A stretch of DNA of 56,163 nt, filler included, from Sphacelaria rigidula (Eukaryota): the NCBI GenBank assembly GCA_964200075.2. It is 7 parts of 7 records of this genome, joined end to end, with 100 filler letters (N's around TTAATTAATTAA, not from the genome) between each part and the next. Parts side by side here need not be neighbours in the genome. Positions count along the whole stretch, not along the records: positions 1 to 7,938 come from CAXNAA020012912.1; positions 8,039 to 15,976 come from CAXNAA020012913.1; 5 more parts are not named here. One strand, given 5' to 3'. The translations under genes were made by a program, and so were the position numbers. The notes beneath the pieces are model-generated. The model saw only the letters and a program-made list of their open reading frames with translations, was not told the origin of the DNA and did not search any database. The first letter of the stretch is position 1. The number at the start of each line of letters is the position of its first letter. Shown piece after piece: positions 1-10,619 of the stretch.

Positions 1-1390
1 GGTAGTGCATGTCTGTTAGTCTTTTGTTTGTGGGATGTTGAGAGGCGATGGGGGGGGGGGGGGGAATTCGATTGCACGAAAAAAGAGGCTCATAAGTGTG
101 TCAGACGCTCTACTACACTCGCGGTGCGCTTGTATTAAATCCAGAACGGTGTCAATTGGTATGTGTGAGCGGTATTTATCTAGAACAAGCTCGTTCGAGC
201 AACGGTTGCCGCTTTCAACGACGATTCGATTTGGAATTCGTGCAAGGAATGGCCCGAAATACCCCCCCCCCTCCCTATCGTAGGATGACTCCGAGGGACG
301 TGAAATCATTGCTAACCGTGCTAGAACACTCCCCCGGTGTGTGCAAGAGGATGGACACCATGTGGTTTTTCCTTGAACGGTGTTGCAAGCATACCCCCAC
401 CTCAACATGAAGCACAGTATCACCTTATACAGCGATGGCTGGTCATCCTCCATGATACCGCCGATAATATGCTGCTGCTTCATACCCATACGTTATTCCT
501 TTATACCCTGAAGCATATACGTGTACGCCGGAGCTTTAAAGCGATCATTTAGATTTCTCTAAAGTGCTGCGGTTGTCGGCACGTGTTATTTTGACCTACT
601 GAGTCGTGCGAATCATGAAAACTTATTACGCATGCTACAAAAGCAGACCGCTTCGTTTCTTTGGACCTCGGAAAATCCGTGAATCTAAACCAAAATCAAC
701 TTTTTTACAAATAATTTTCGATTGATACAGACCAATTCCATAGATATTTGTGGGAAAATGAATCAAAGCTGAATCTTTTGGCAATGGTGTACCAACAGTA
801 AAACGCATATGTAAACACTTCTTCAAAATAAAATAAAACGTGAACAGAACAAGCAGCCTATTGTTTTTTATTTTTGTTATTAATACCTAAAGGATAAAAC
901 ATTAGACCGCCAAAACACATTTCACTGACGATAGAAACCGACAAGTTATGCTCTAATATACGTCATCTATAGGTTTTTTTTTGTGCTATGGGAAGGTAAA
1001 ATCCACGCAATATTTTCACACGAAACGCGATACGTGAAAAGTGTAACCCTCCCCGGGTAACAGGTTAAGCAGCTAAGCAGTCGAGCACATTTTTCGGATT
1101 ACCCCACGTTGCGATTAGCGATGCGCCAACGTAAAAAAAAATGTTGTCCATGCCTCCGGATTACAGACTTGTGCATCTCAGCCCTCGAATTTGAACTCTT
1201 GCACGCACATATATATATATATATAAATATTCTTACAGGTTCTGTGTCGCATTCGTGCCCCCATCGTGTTGTTGGAGCGCCAAGCAGCCCGGGAGAGGTA
1301 TCGGCTTCAGTTCCGCGGAGAGGTGGGTGCATAACATACACACACACGCGCGCGCGCGCGCGCGCCTGAAGAGGGCGTAGAGAAGCGCAT

Positions 1391-1392
1391 CG

Positions 1393-1429
<37 letters not shown>

Positions 1430-1520
1430 CGTACTCTTCACATTGAAAGCCGTTGCGATGTCTGCGCAGTACTCCGTGCTAGGCATCTGATGCGGGCGCC
1501 TTCCGTGGTTACAGACTAAC
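1391..1520 (-). mobile_element. 3' end of a non-LTR retroelement with (AAC)n tail; related copies at 47566-47675 and 50399-50520
   Basis: (GTT)n is followed by the shared sequence TCTTCACATT(G/A)AAA...GCATCTGATGCGG.C.CCT.CCGTG.T.ACAG.CTA in three contigs. Confidence 0.65.
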
Positions 1521-2454
1521 TACTCAACATAAGGTCAAATGAACGAAGAATACTTGAAATTGGACCCAAATATATATTTACGCAGACGCGATACAAAATA
1601 CTGTAAACCTCATACGTTCTGGTGCCGGAGGCGCATCTCATTCTCCGTATATAGAGTAATTGCTTTGTTTACTTTCGCACATCATCCGACGAGCTACACA
1701 TCTGGCCGTCGTAACACAACAGGTGTCCCCAACGTGGAATGTACAGAGATATAAATACGCGCCAAAGAGTAATGACACAACAGTGTGAGGTTGCACATAT
1801 GGGCCTCCCTCTCTCTTTTCTTTTACATTCCAACGTTTCGCGTGTAGTGGTGACAGGTTTGTACCCTCGGAATCTTACAATGTCCCGAACATATCCAAGA
1901 CACCTCCAGTCATGGAGTTCTACCGACTTTCACGCGGGCCGGGTGGTGGTAAATCATCATGGCTCTGTTGTTGGAGTTCCGCGTACGTGACTACCGTCTC
2001 GAAACATATAGCCATGTAATTCCATATCAGCAGACGAAGCTCAACCGCTTGTGTACAGTGAGTGCAATAACCCGATTGGTCGAGATTGGTCGAGATTGAT
2101 CCAGATTGATTGAGTGGTTGGTTGCATCTCACATTTTTAACAGGTGCACAGAGTGGTTCTACGGCAGTAGGGGTGCACATTTTGTTTTTGAGGCTCTTTA
2201 CTTTGGGAGCCCCTCGATGACAAATATCTGGGCCTTAGTGTGCAGCCTAGGAAAACAAATCGGGTTAAAGGGTGCACTCTTACCGTAAAAATACTCCGCA
2301 ATAAAGTTAGTGATGATCGCAACACAGAAGCGACCGGAATAACGTGCCATGAGGCTCACACCCGGTGCGGCGTGGATATCTACCTGCGGGTGGATGGACT
2401 GTGACAGTCTCATGAATCCTTCTCAGATCTCCGGCCCCTAGCCCCAATATGTTG

Positions 2455-2699
2455 CCCCTTTGGAACCGCTGATGGAAAACTGACGACTTACAAACTCCCG
2501 TATGCGAGCCTTCGTCACCAGGAAAAACGTCACTTCAAATTCGGTGCACGAATCTGTCACACTAGTACACTTGGACTGAGAGTGGTGAACCATTTTGGTG
2601 GGCTGCATCATCATCAACACTTGCAGAAAAACAATAATATCTTGCCCAAGAAAACGTCAATTGTAAATCATCACATTTCCATCAACGGTTCCAAAAGGA
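2455..2699. mobile_element. MITE-like element with ~38-bp terminal inverted repeats
   Basis: CCTTTGGAACCGCTGATGGAAAACTGACGACTTACAA (2457-2493) is the inverted complement, with few mismatches, of TTGTAAATCATCACATTTCCATCAACGGTTCCAAAAGG (2661-2698). Confidence 0.65.
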
Positions 2700-3236
2700 T
2701 TAATATTACCGTGTTGTAGTTTATGGTTCGATCTTGGTTCCCCCGAGATGGGTCATGAACCCATCCGCCTGCTCACAAATACTGTGTTCCGTACCTACGG
2801 GGTTAACGCCAGCTTGGCACTCCTGTACTCGTACACAAGTACAAGCATCGAATGAGAGCAGAAAACTAAGCTGTGAACAATTCGTGTCCCTTCTTGTCTG
2901 ACCCACAAGTACACAAAATAGTACCCCATCGCGGGACATGTAACGGGTCTGAATGACAAAGATGTTGCACATATTGAGTACTAGCAAGGCTTCCCCGACG
3001 TGAAGAAATATACCGGACCGTTGTAGCCATCTCACACTTGGCGTCGACCGTAGAACTTCAGATAGTTTCGCATAAACACCCGAACAAAAAAAGGAACAGG
3101 AGTATGACGGTAGGGACAGAGCCAAGCCCGGGAGCAAAAGCTCGAGCGAAAAAGTGCGAGAACTCCCCCCCAAAACATCATTCAAACGGGACACGACAGG
3201 CTTCTACGGTGAGAGCGGTTCAGAATACACGAAATA

Positions 3237-3489
3237 ATCTTTCTACGGTAGCCCCCCACCAAAACCAGCTCAAAATGGTCACGAAGAGAATGGCCATACA
3301 GCGCCTGATGTTTGGTTTCAGGCTGCATGAAGCGCTTCATGTGGGCGACAGTGGTGAGAACGAACCCAAGCGTGGAAACTCCCAGCTGCTTGTTGTGCTT
3401 GGCTTCGATCATTTCGATTAACGTGCAGATTTCCCTCGCCAAACAAGCCCTTTTGGGGGGTGGGAGCGGGGGCTACCGTAAAAAGTGTC
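3237..3489. mobile_element. MITE family B copy (TIR GACACTTTYTACGATAGCCCCCC)
   Basis: Colinear similarity to 39200-39459 (ATGGCCATACAGCGCCTGATGTTTGG...GAACGAACCCAAGCGTGG); ends CTTTCTACGGTAGCCCCCC ... GGGGGCTACCGTAAAAAGTGTC. Confidence 0.75.
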
Positions 3490-3585
3490 GAGTGCACGAA
3501 TTTGACCTCTGTGAATGCCATGTCGTCGGCGCCTCCGCTGTCATCGTCGATGTCGTGGTGCACATCTGAACGCGATCGGTTGCAG

Positions 3586-3687
3586 GTGGACCCGGGCGTA
3601 GATTTCTGGACGGAGGAAGAGGTGGTCGAAGAGCAGCGGATGTATGCGAAGGATGAAGCCAACGAGACCCTTGAAAAACTGTTCCAG
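3586..3687 (+). CDS. Internal exon of unknown gene (VDPGVDFWTEEEVVEEQRMYAKDEANETLEKLFQ)
   Basis: TTGCAG acceptor, 102 nt phase 0-0, coding-like composition, CAG/GCGAG GC donor. Confidence 0.6.
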
Positions 3688-3959
3688 GCGAGGGCCATTA
3701 AGGGCATATGTAGATTCTATACATTAACTGTGGCACGAAGTATATCTTCGTTCAACATGATTTTTTCGTATGAGGACAATGGAGAGAGCAGCTTGCTGTT
3801 CCAGACCCCAATGTGCTGGTATCAACATTTGCCTACTCCACCCAATCATTGATGCAGCGGATTTTGGATTGTGCAACTCATGGTGAGCGTGGTATCTCGG
3901 ACCGCAATATATGGGCACACAACGCCTTCTACAAATCGAAGATTCATTTTTTTCCACAG

Positions 3960-3974
3960 GCTTTTACAATGGAG
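3960..3974 (+). CDS. Putative 15-nt microexon (AFTME) of the same gene
   Basis: Strong TTTTTTTCCACAG acceptor, GAG/GTTTGG donor, phase 0-0 compatible with flanking exons. Confidence 0.35.
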
Positions 3975-4142
3975 GTTTGGTTTGTAGGAGACGTCGGTGT
4001 CGGCACGTTCAAGTCCGGAACCCTGATTCAGCTACATCACTAGCCATGCACGAGAAATAGAAAATTGGTTATGTGAAGGTGTCCTTGCGCCACCTCCAGA
4101 TAATGGCAGATTTAGAGCGGGCGGTTGAGTTTTTTCAGTAGC

Positions 4143-4386
4143 ATAGGGCCGAAGCTCTTAGGAGCAGGGCGGCGCGTGTACTGCGCCAAGTTGACCGGTG
4201 GCTTAGTGGGAGCACCCCCCACACTGCCTTGAGCCACCGCTCGAGGTGCCTTCCCCACATGACTGCCGCGAGGTGGTCTAGCCGAGCCTTCGGGTAATCG
4301 GCACACGAACTCGTTAGCGATCGCCTGCGATCACTTGCGGGTTAAGTGTTGGGTTGGGTTTCCTCCTTCCATTAAGGTAAAAAAAA
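4143..4386 (+). mobile_element. Retroposed structured RNA (SINE-like), copy 1
   Basis: Similar to 48863-49100; A-rich tail; flanked by the direct repeat CAGTAGC (4136-4142 and 4387-4393); hairpins with GNRA and UUCG loops. Confidence 0.7.
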
Positions 4387-5039
4387 CAGTAGCGTACATG
4401 AGTCACATAACCAGGGGCACTGTCTCTTTACAGAATACAAGCTCAGTCATGAAAGAAGATCATGTAGAAATGACGAGGTGTACTCGAGAAGAGCTCTCCG
4501 GTAGGCGGATCGGTAGTTTATGTGTGTATGTGTGTAGTTAGCCCGGTTTATTACGAAATCGTTGGAATCATCCCCACTGACTGCAAGTACATCTGTTCGT
4601 ACAATTGAAACGAGATCATGCAAAACATTGTCATCGGCAATATGTGGACTCGAATTGAGTACCCTTCGCAGCAGTTAAAGCTTCAATTCTCGTGCTGTAT
4701 GAATAACCAATCATGGGTGCTTGGATACAGGTAACAATAATAAATATATGTAAACATACAAACATGCAATGAAACAATAAATAAACAAAAAACATACACA
4801 GGTACATACCGCTGCGCCCCGATGATGAACCGGCACAAAATTACTTCATTAGGGTGTAAAATAACGCGTTTGATTCCAGCGAGATGCGCTCAGTTTTTCA
4901 TTCAAAAACATTTATCTTATTCCCTTCGTTTGAAAGCGTCGGGACATGAGTGGGAAAAACAGTCTGTTTGTAGTACTGAGTTTGTTTGACGATAGTCGGA
5001 GCAGTACGGGAGGGGAGTGCCGGTGGTCATAACCCAATC

Positions 5040-5155
5040 CGCGCGACCAGAACCCAAGGCGCGTACTTGTACTTGGGGAAGAGATTGGTTGATCCCTTCA
5101 GGCCGAGGAATAGTCCAGAGGAAGGGGAGGGGAATAAAAGTGCGACGAAAAATGG
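5040..5155 (+). repeat. Dispersed repeat; inverted copy at 15322-15432
   Basis: GGTTGATCCCTT..G.CC..GGA..AGTCC.GAGGAAG...AAAGTGCGAC is shared in opposite orientation. Confidence 0.6.
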
Positions 5156-5185
5156 ACAAAATGCAAACACATCTACGTAGTGTGT

Positions 5186-5410
5186 GCATACACATACATA
5201 CATACATACATACATACATACATACATACATACATACATACATACATACATACATACATACATGCACACATTCATACACATACACATACATTAATTCATT
5301 CATGCATACACTCACGTTCACACGTACATACATACATACATACATTCATAGACACGTTCATGCATGTATACATACACGCATACACATACGCACACATACA
5401 TATACATACG
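5186..5410. repeat. (TACA)n microsatellite, degenerate at its ends
   Basis: Direct reading. Confidence 0.95.
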
Positions 5411-5574
5411 CCATGAATATATAGTGCATAAGTCAGGCATACAGTTCCTGTCGTATTTAACGACTATTCATTTTGATACACGATGCTAGCATGACAGGTG
5501 AAACCCACAAAACGGGCGCAAACTATCAGCTCCTTACACCGTCTATTTCATCATCTTCACATTGGCATGCACAG

Positions 5575-5748
5575 GCGGAGAAGATCAGCCCCAATGACTT
5601 GGCCGTTTTTGACGAGGAAGCTGCACCCAATCAGTGGAGCCGGCGCGTACACGCGCTGGAGCGCATCGCAGATCGGGTGCCGGTCGCGAACCGGTTCCCG
5701 GCGTACGCCGCCTACAGCAACGAGGACAAACACAGACACCTCTTTCAG
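5575..5748 (+). CDS. Internal exon of unknown gene (AEKISPNDLAVFDEEAAPNQWSRRVHALERIADRVPVANRFPAYAAYSNEDKHRHLFQ)
   Basis: CACAG acceptor, 174 nt of GC-rich coding-like sequence in AT-rich flanks, CAG/GCAAG donor (an alternative GT donor lies 5 nt downstream). Confidence 0.65.
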
Positions 5749-5819
5749 GCAAGGTTTGAACAATAGACGTAATACCTGTGAAGTCGTTACTTTTTTGCAA
5801 TGCAACACACGTGTAGACC

Positions 5820-6270
5820 GATTGATTGCTTGGTTTGATTGATTGTATTGGTTGCATTGATTGCATCGATTGCATTGATTGTTTTGATTATGTTCATCGT
5901 ATTGAGTTATTGAGTTATTGAGTTATTGAGTTATTGAGTTATTGACTTATTGACGTATTGGTTGATTTGTTGATTTATTGACTTATTGACTTATTGACTT
6001 GTTGATTTGTTGATTTGTTGATTTATTGAATGCATTAATTGCATTGATTGCATTGATTGAACTGATTCCATTGATCGTATCGATCGTATCGATCGTATCG
6101 ATCGTATCGATCGTATCGATCGCGTTGACTGCATTGATTGTATTATTTGTATTGACTGCATTGATTTTTATTGGCTTATTTTGTTGCTTGATTGTCTCAC
6201 GTTGGTTGATTCGTTACAACTGATCCGTTACAAGTGTTTCGATACAATTGATTCGTCACAATTGATCCAT
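5820..6270. repeat. Degenerate TTGA-based satellite (TTGAGTTA, TTGATTGCA, TCGATCGTA units)
   Basis: Direct reading. Confidence 0.9.
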
Positions 6271-7880
6271 TATGAATATGGCTGCAGCCATGAACTAAAC
6301 GTACTCAACGTACGGTACAGATTTATTGAAAAATGAGGGACCCGATGTCAATGCGTCACGTTTACGAGGAAATGTACTTCATATATAGAGTAGTCTGAGT
6401 AGGGCGCTCATCGGCCGTACCCCGCTTTCAGTAAGGCGAACAGGACGTCGGTATATCTTTCAGGCGAACTTCACAGTGGTGAACACACCTAGTTTCAACC
6501 GCACAACATTTTTGAAAATGAATAGAAGCGCACGCCATTTACAAACGTGAACGGCTAGCTCGTGCGGTATTGCAAAGTACCTTTAAGTATCATTGTTTCG
6601 ATGGCTCATTCAGAGTTATGTCCTCCGGTCGTTTTCTGTATGGTTGTGTCCTCTGCATGTACGTATCTGTTACTTGACTAAAGCAAGCGGCATGCTTCAG
6701 AGGATGTTCATCGTACCGTAGATCCAATGTACCGCTGATTGCAGCATGGTAGAGTAAACTCTCTACAGGTATTGACACCGCTTGAGAACCTGACAGTTCA
6801 TAACTTGAGTCTCAAAGTCTTCACGATATGAGAAGTCGAGCACAAGCTGTGATTTCGGAAGAAGAACCTCTCACAAAATTCATAAGGTAGCTGTTGGTAG
6901 CCCACAGAGTATGTAAGAACTCGAGCCTCACAAAAAAGCAAGAGGGCCTTAAGTGGTGGAGCTAACTCTACATTGTACTATACCCGAATTCCAGTCTCGA
7001 TTCCCACTTCAGAGTTTGTATGTGTGCCTTTGCTGGAGCTATACATCACCTGGATAGGGCTTTTGCCTACGTACCGCCGCACAATACGCGATATGGATGC
7101 GCGTAACTATCAACAGTTGTGGTGGATATATTTCGGATCGAATGCACGGCAAAACTGCGTAAAAGACGATAGTCTCAGGTTCCTACCTGGCGATTCCGTT
7201 TCAACCGAATGGATCATGGGTATTTGTATTTCTTAGATATACTTGTACAAATAACTCTTGGATATACGTTTGTGTTTCATAGTATATACCACTCTGTCCC
7301 ATAATATTAGGTCGATATGGACAAAAAACAGGATATCTCCACTCCAAGGTCGAAATTTTGGACGCGGATTCGAGCCCCGCAACGGTCACGTTTTCCCCCC
7401 AACACATCTGACTTCTTTTTTTGTGAAGTTCCCTCGCGCCTCAAAGTCGGACAGGCTTTTTAGCTTTGGATATTTCACTCGCTGTGCACCGATACCATCG
7501 GTGATACAGAAAATAGGTATTCGTGTAGAAGGCCAGAGAGACGAGAAACAGCAACAAAAAGCAAATGGTGCAAGAAGAGCACTTCTTGGCCCCGTCAGAG
7601 CGTTTTGAAAAATGCCATATTTCCTCACTGGAAGAATCTCTGCCGTCCCCGGGTATCCCGGGGGAGGGGGATAGATACGAACCATCGACGCGTTCCAGGC
7701 CCCCCTCACCTCTAGACTCTTGGATTGGCGTCGTGTGGCAACGGCGCCGTCAAACAAGCCGCCAAAACCTAGACACATGTAAAGACTGTCACCGTACATA
7801 TACCGGGGACCGCCACTAGAAAAAAAGTCCCGGACCGACGAACACAACATGAAACAATTCAACAACCCAACAGTTCCTCC

Positions 7881-7930
<50 letters not shown>

Positions 7931-7938
7931 GCTAAACA

Positions 7939-8038
7939 NNNNNNNNNNNNNNNNNNNNNNNNNNNNNNNNNNNNNNNNNNNNTTAATTAATTAANNNNNN
8001 NNNNNNNNNNNNNNNNNNNNNNNNNNNNNNNNNNNNNN
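7939..8038. other. Artificial contig spacer (N44-TTAATTAATTAA-N44); identical spacers at 15977-16076, 24015-24114, 32053-32152, 40090-40189, 48127-48226
   Basis: Six identical 100-bp spacers carry a linker with stops in all frames; the intervening segments are 7938, 7938, 7938, 7938, 7937, 7937 and 7937 bp. Confidence 0.98.
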
Positions 8039-8789
8039 TGGTCAATGGTCAAATGACTATAGCAAGCAACAAATGAGTACGCCCCCCCTATCGTAGGATG
8101 ACTCGAAAGTAAAGGAAAACAATAGTTTTGTCGAGTAAGGCGTTGCCAAACACCGACTGAATGGAGAAATTTGTTCCGCAAAACAGGGGATGGGCGATTT
8201 TCATCCCCGCATTCGATGTTTCTTCTCTGCTTTTACTTCAAAACGGTTCGTACCAACCTTATGAACATTTGTATCAAAGGAGAAGGCCTGAGACGTCTGA
8301 GGTCGCGAGAAATCAAGTGCTGCGTAAAGTGTGCCGTAATTGAAACAGAGGGTGTTTTGGCCGCAGTTTTAACGTCGATAGAGCCATACTCCACATCTAC
8401 TCCTGCAAATTGGTTTGATTATTTTTCAATTTTGAAATACTTGGGTGATGGAGGATTAAATTGTCTCCCTCCGGATGCTCTGGGTATTGTTCTACGTGTC
8501 GTGGTTCCCACGAGCCAGAGTTCTTCCCCGTCAGGTGCCGTAAGCGTACCTTAATTGGGACATTTACCTCAAACCGCCGAGCGAGGACGCACAAAGGACA
8601 CGGGCGAGGGGCTTCCTCTCTGTCGTTGCTTCTGTCCCAGGTGACATCGTCATCGACACGCGTATACACCGCATTCGTTCGGTGCACCTAGCCACAACTC
8701 ATTCACTGCTGCAGAGTTTTGGGGGCAAAGGTGGTTTCGCTCTGTGTAACGCTTTCGCGTCATTCCTGCAAAACGATATGCCACTTGAA

Positions 8790-9025
8790 CCTCATTTTCG
8801 AGATCGACCCCATTTTTCAGGATCCACTGCTTTGATTCTTGATGCACGAGAGTATGGGTCAAGGCATCCTCGTTTGCAAGTCCATTCAGGATATCCCTAG
8901 CACACAGGAACAGTAATCCTGGCGTAGTCTCGCATGTTTATAAGTCGTGTTTCGGATGGGATGAAGGGCCCCTAGCAATTCCAATCTTGGAAAATATTTG
9001 TGCACCTCTACCTTAGAACCACTCG
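8790..9025 (-). mobile_element. Diverged MITE family A copy, inverted relative to 14889-15147
   Basis: GATGCAC..A.TATGGGTCA..CAT..GGATATCCC.AGCACA..GTAATCCTGGCGTA..AAAATATTTGTGCACCTCTACC matches the reverse complement of 14889-15110. Confidence 0.65.
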
Positions 9026-9345
9026 CTAGACAAAAAACCCATGTTTGACGGATGAAAATAGGTGAACGACGGCGCTACCTTCCCATGTATTACTGGAAAT
9101 TTAACGGCATCCTCTTGGTAGGCTCTCGTGCAGGAATACTATTTCCAATAACCGACGTTTTGTCAAACCAAGGTGCTATCACTCCTAAACAAAGCACAAA
9201 TTTCCAAGATTGTGTTCTGCAGGGTGCGTTATTTGGAATACCCGGGGTATTTATACGAGTATTACCCGTACCCGACAGTTCACTGAGCTCTGTTTAAGCC
9301 TCTCATACCGGTACCCGACCTTTCTGTGAGTTCAGTTAGGGTAAC

Positions 9346-9703
9346 TGAGAGTCTCTTGAAGGAGGTGCTCTGGACAGAGGGAAATGTTTAGTAACTCTTG
9401 TTGTATTAACGTCTTATACCCTTGACTCAAAAAACATATAGACCGTGCAAGCTCGACGAGCTTTCTCCAAACACCAAGTATGTAAAATGAAAATACCAGG
9501 TACAAATATGAAGTGAGGTAGTAGGAGCGTATAGGACGCATATCCTCATATGTGGCACATCTAGTCATAACACAATATCGACCTCATGATCGGTCCATTA
9601 TCTCTCTGCCCAGAAAATCTAGTACACCGTCAACCTGCACTGGAATGTACCGGAATCAATTTGATTTCATATGCACTAGGACTTAGGTCGGCAATATTAT
9701 AAT
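9346..9703 (-). mobile_element. LTR of the same Copia family, oriented opposite to the downstream element
   Basis: ~357-bp inverted copy of 14203-14559 (e.g. TATTGCCGACCTAAGTCCTAGTG, CCCTCTGTCCAGAGCACCT), ending TCA. Confidence 0.7.
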
Positions 9704-9719
9704 ATTACGCCTTCTTCTG

Positions 9720-10345
9720 CCGGCGTATCCTCAGCGCCGACTAGTGCAGTTCAGGTGCATGCCCCCACAGAGACTTAGTCCTTGCGTTCTCTTCTCGGTG
9801 TATCCCGAGCGCCGACTAATGCAGTTCAGTCGCGTGCGCCCCCTGAGATATTGTTTGCGCGTCCCTTGGTTGGCGTATCCTCAGCGCCGACTAATGCAGT
9901 TCAGTCGCGTGCCCACATTGAGATTTTTTTCCGCGTTTTTTTTCTGTTGGCGTATCCCCAGCGCCGACTCATACAGTTCAGTCGCGTGCACCCACTGAGA
10001 CATTGTTTTCGCGTCCCTCTGTTGGGGTATCCCCAGCGCCGACGAGTGCAGTTCAGTTGCGTGCCCCCAATAAGAATTTGTTTCCGCGTCCCTCTGTCAG
10101 CGTATCCCAGCGCCGACTAGTGCAGTTCAGTCGCCTGCTCCCAGTGAGAGCTTGCCTTCGCGTTCCTCTGTCGGCGTATCCCCAGCGCCGACTAGTGTAG
10201 TTCAGTCGCGCGCCCCCACTGAACGTTTGTCTTCGCGTTCTTCTGTCGGCTCATCCCCAGCGCCGACCGATGCAGTACGGTCACGCGCCCTCACCGAGAC
10301 ATTGTTTTCGCGTTCCTCTGTCGGCGTATCCCCATCGCCGACTAT
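9720..10345. repeat. 75-bp minisatellite, ~8.5 copies, each carrying the hairpin GTCGGCG-TATCCCCAG-CGCCGAC
   Basis: Unit starts at 9722, 9797, 9872, 9949, 10024, 10099, 10173, 10248, 10323. Confidence 0.92.
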
Positions 10346-10619
10346 TTCAATCGGTCCATCTGCACCCACCGAGCATTCTACTCAGACTTAAGAGTGTCCA
10401 CCTAGAAGTGCTTCAATTTTGGACAGCAATACTAACGTCAGTAGGAATCCCATAGAGTTGATTTCAGTTCCAGGTTTGGATTTTCCCGACCTAATCGCGC
10501 TTTTTCCGATTTATTGCCGGATGAGCATCAGAGAAACCCCCGGGCTTTTTTCCCGCGAGTTCTAAGCATTCAAAATTTGAGTGAAGAGGAGATTTCGGAT
10601 TTGGCACTTGCAGTTCTTG

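Noticed and set aside
920-945. CTGACGATAGAAAC resembling a hammerhead ribozyme core
   Set aside because: No stem II and no convincing stems I/III
4917-5424. Several overlapping ORFs (MYVC/HTYI repeats); likewise 6026-6223 and 16021-16269
   Set aside because: Translations of microsatellites
7983-7994. Recurrent TTAATTAATTAA motif every ~8 kb
   Set aside because: Assembly linker embedded in N runs
8641-8730. Possible isolated exon after a strong pyrimidine tract (also candidates at 39018-39062 and 37790-37850 on the minus strand)
   Set aside because: No recognisable homology or phase-consistent partner exons
9720-10345. CRISPR-like array of palindromic repeats at regular spacing
   Set aside because: The intervening segments are homologous to each other rather than unique spacers; no cas genes; eukaryotic context
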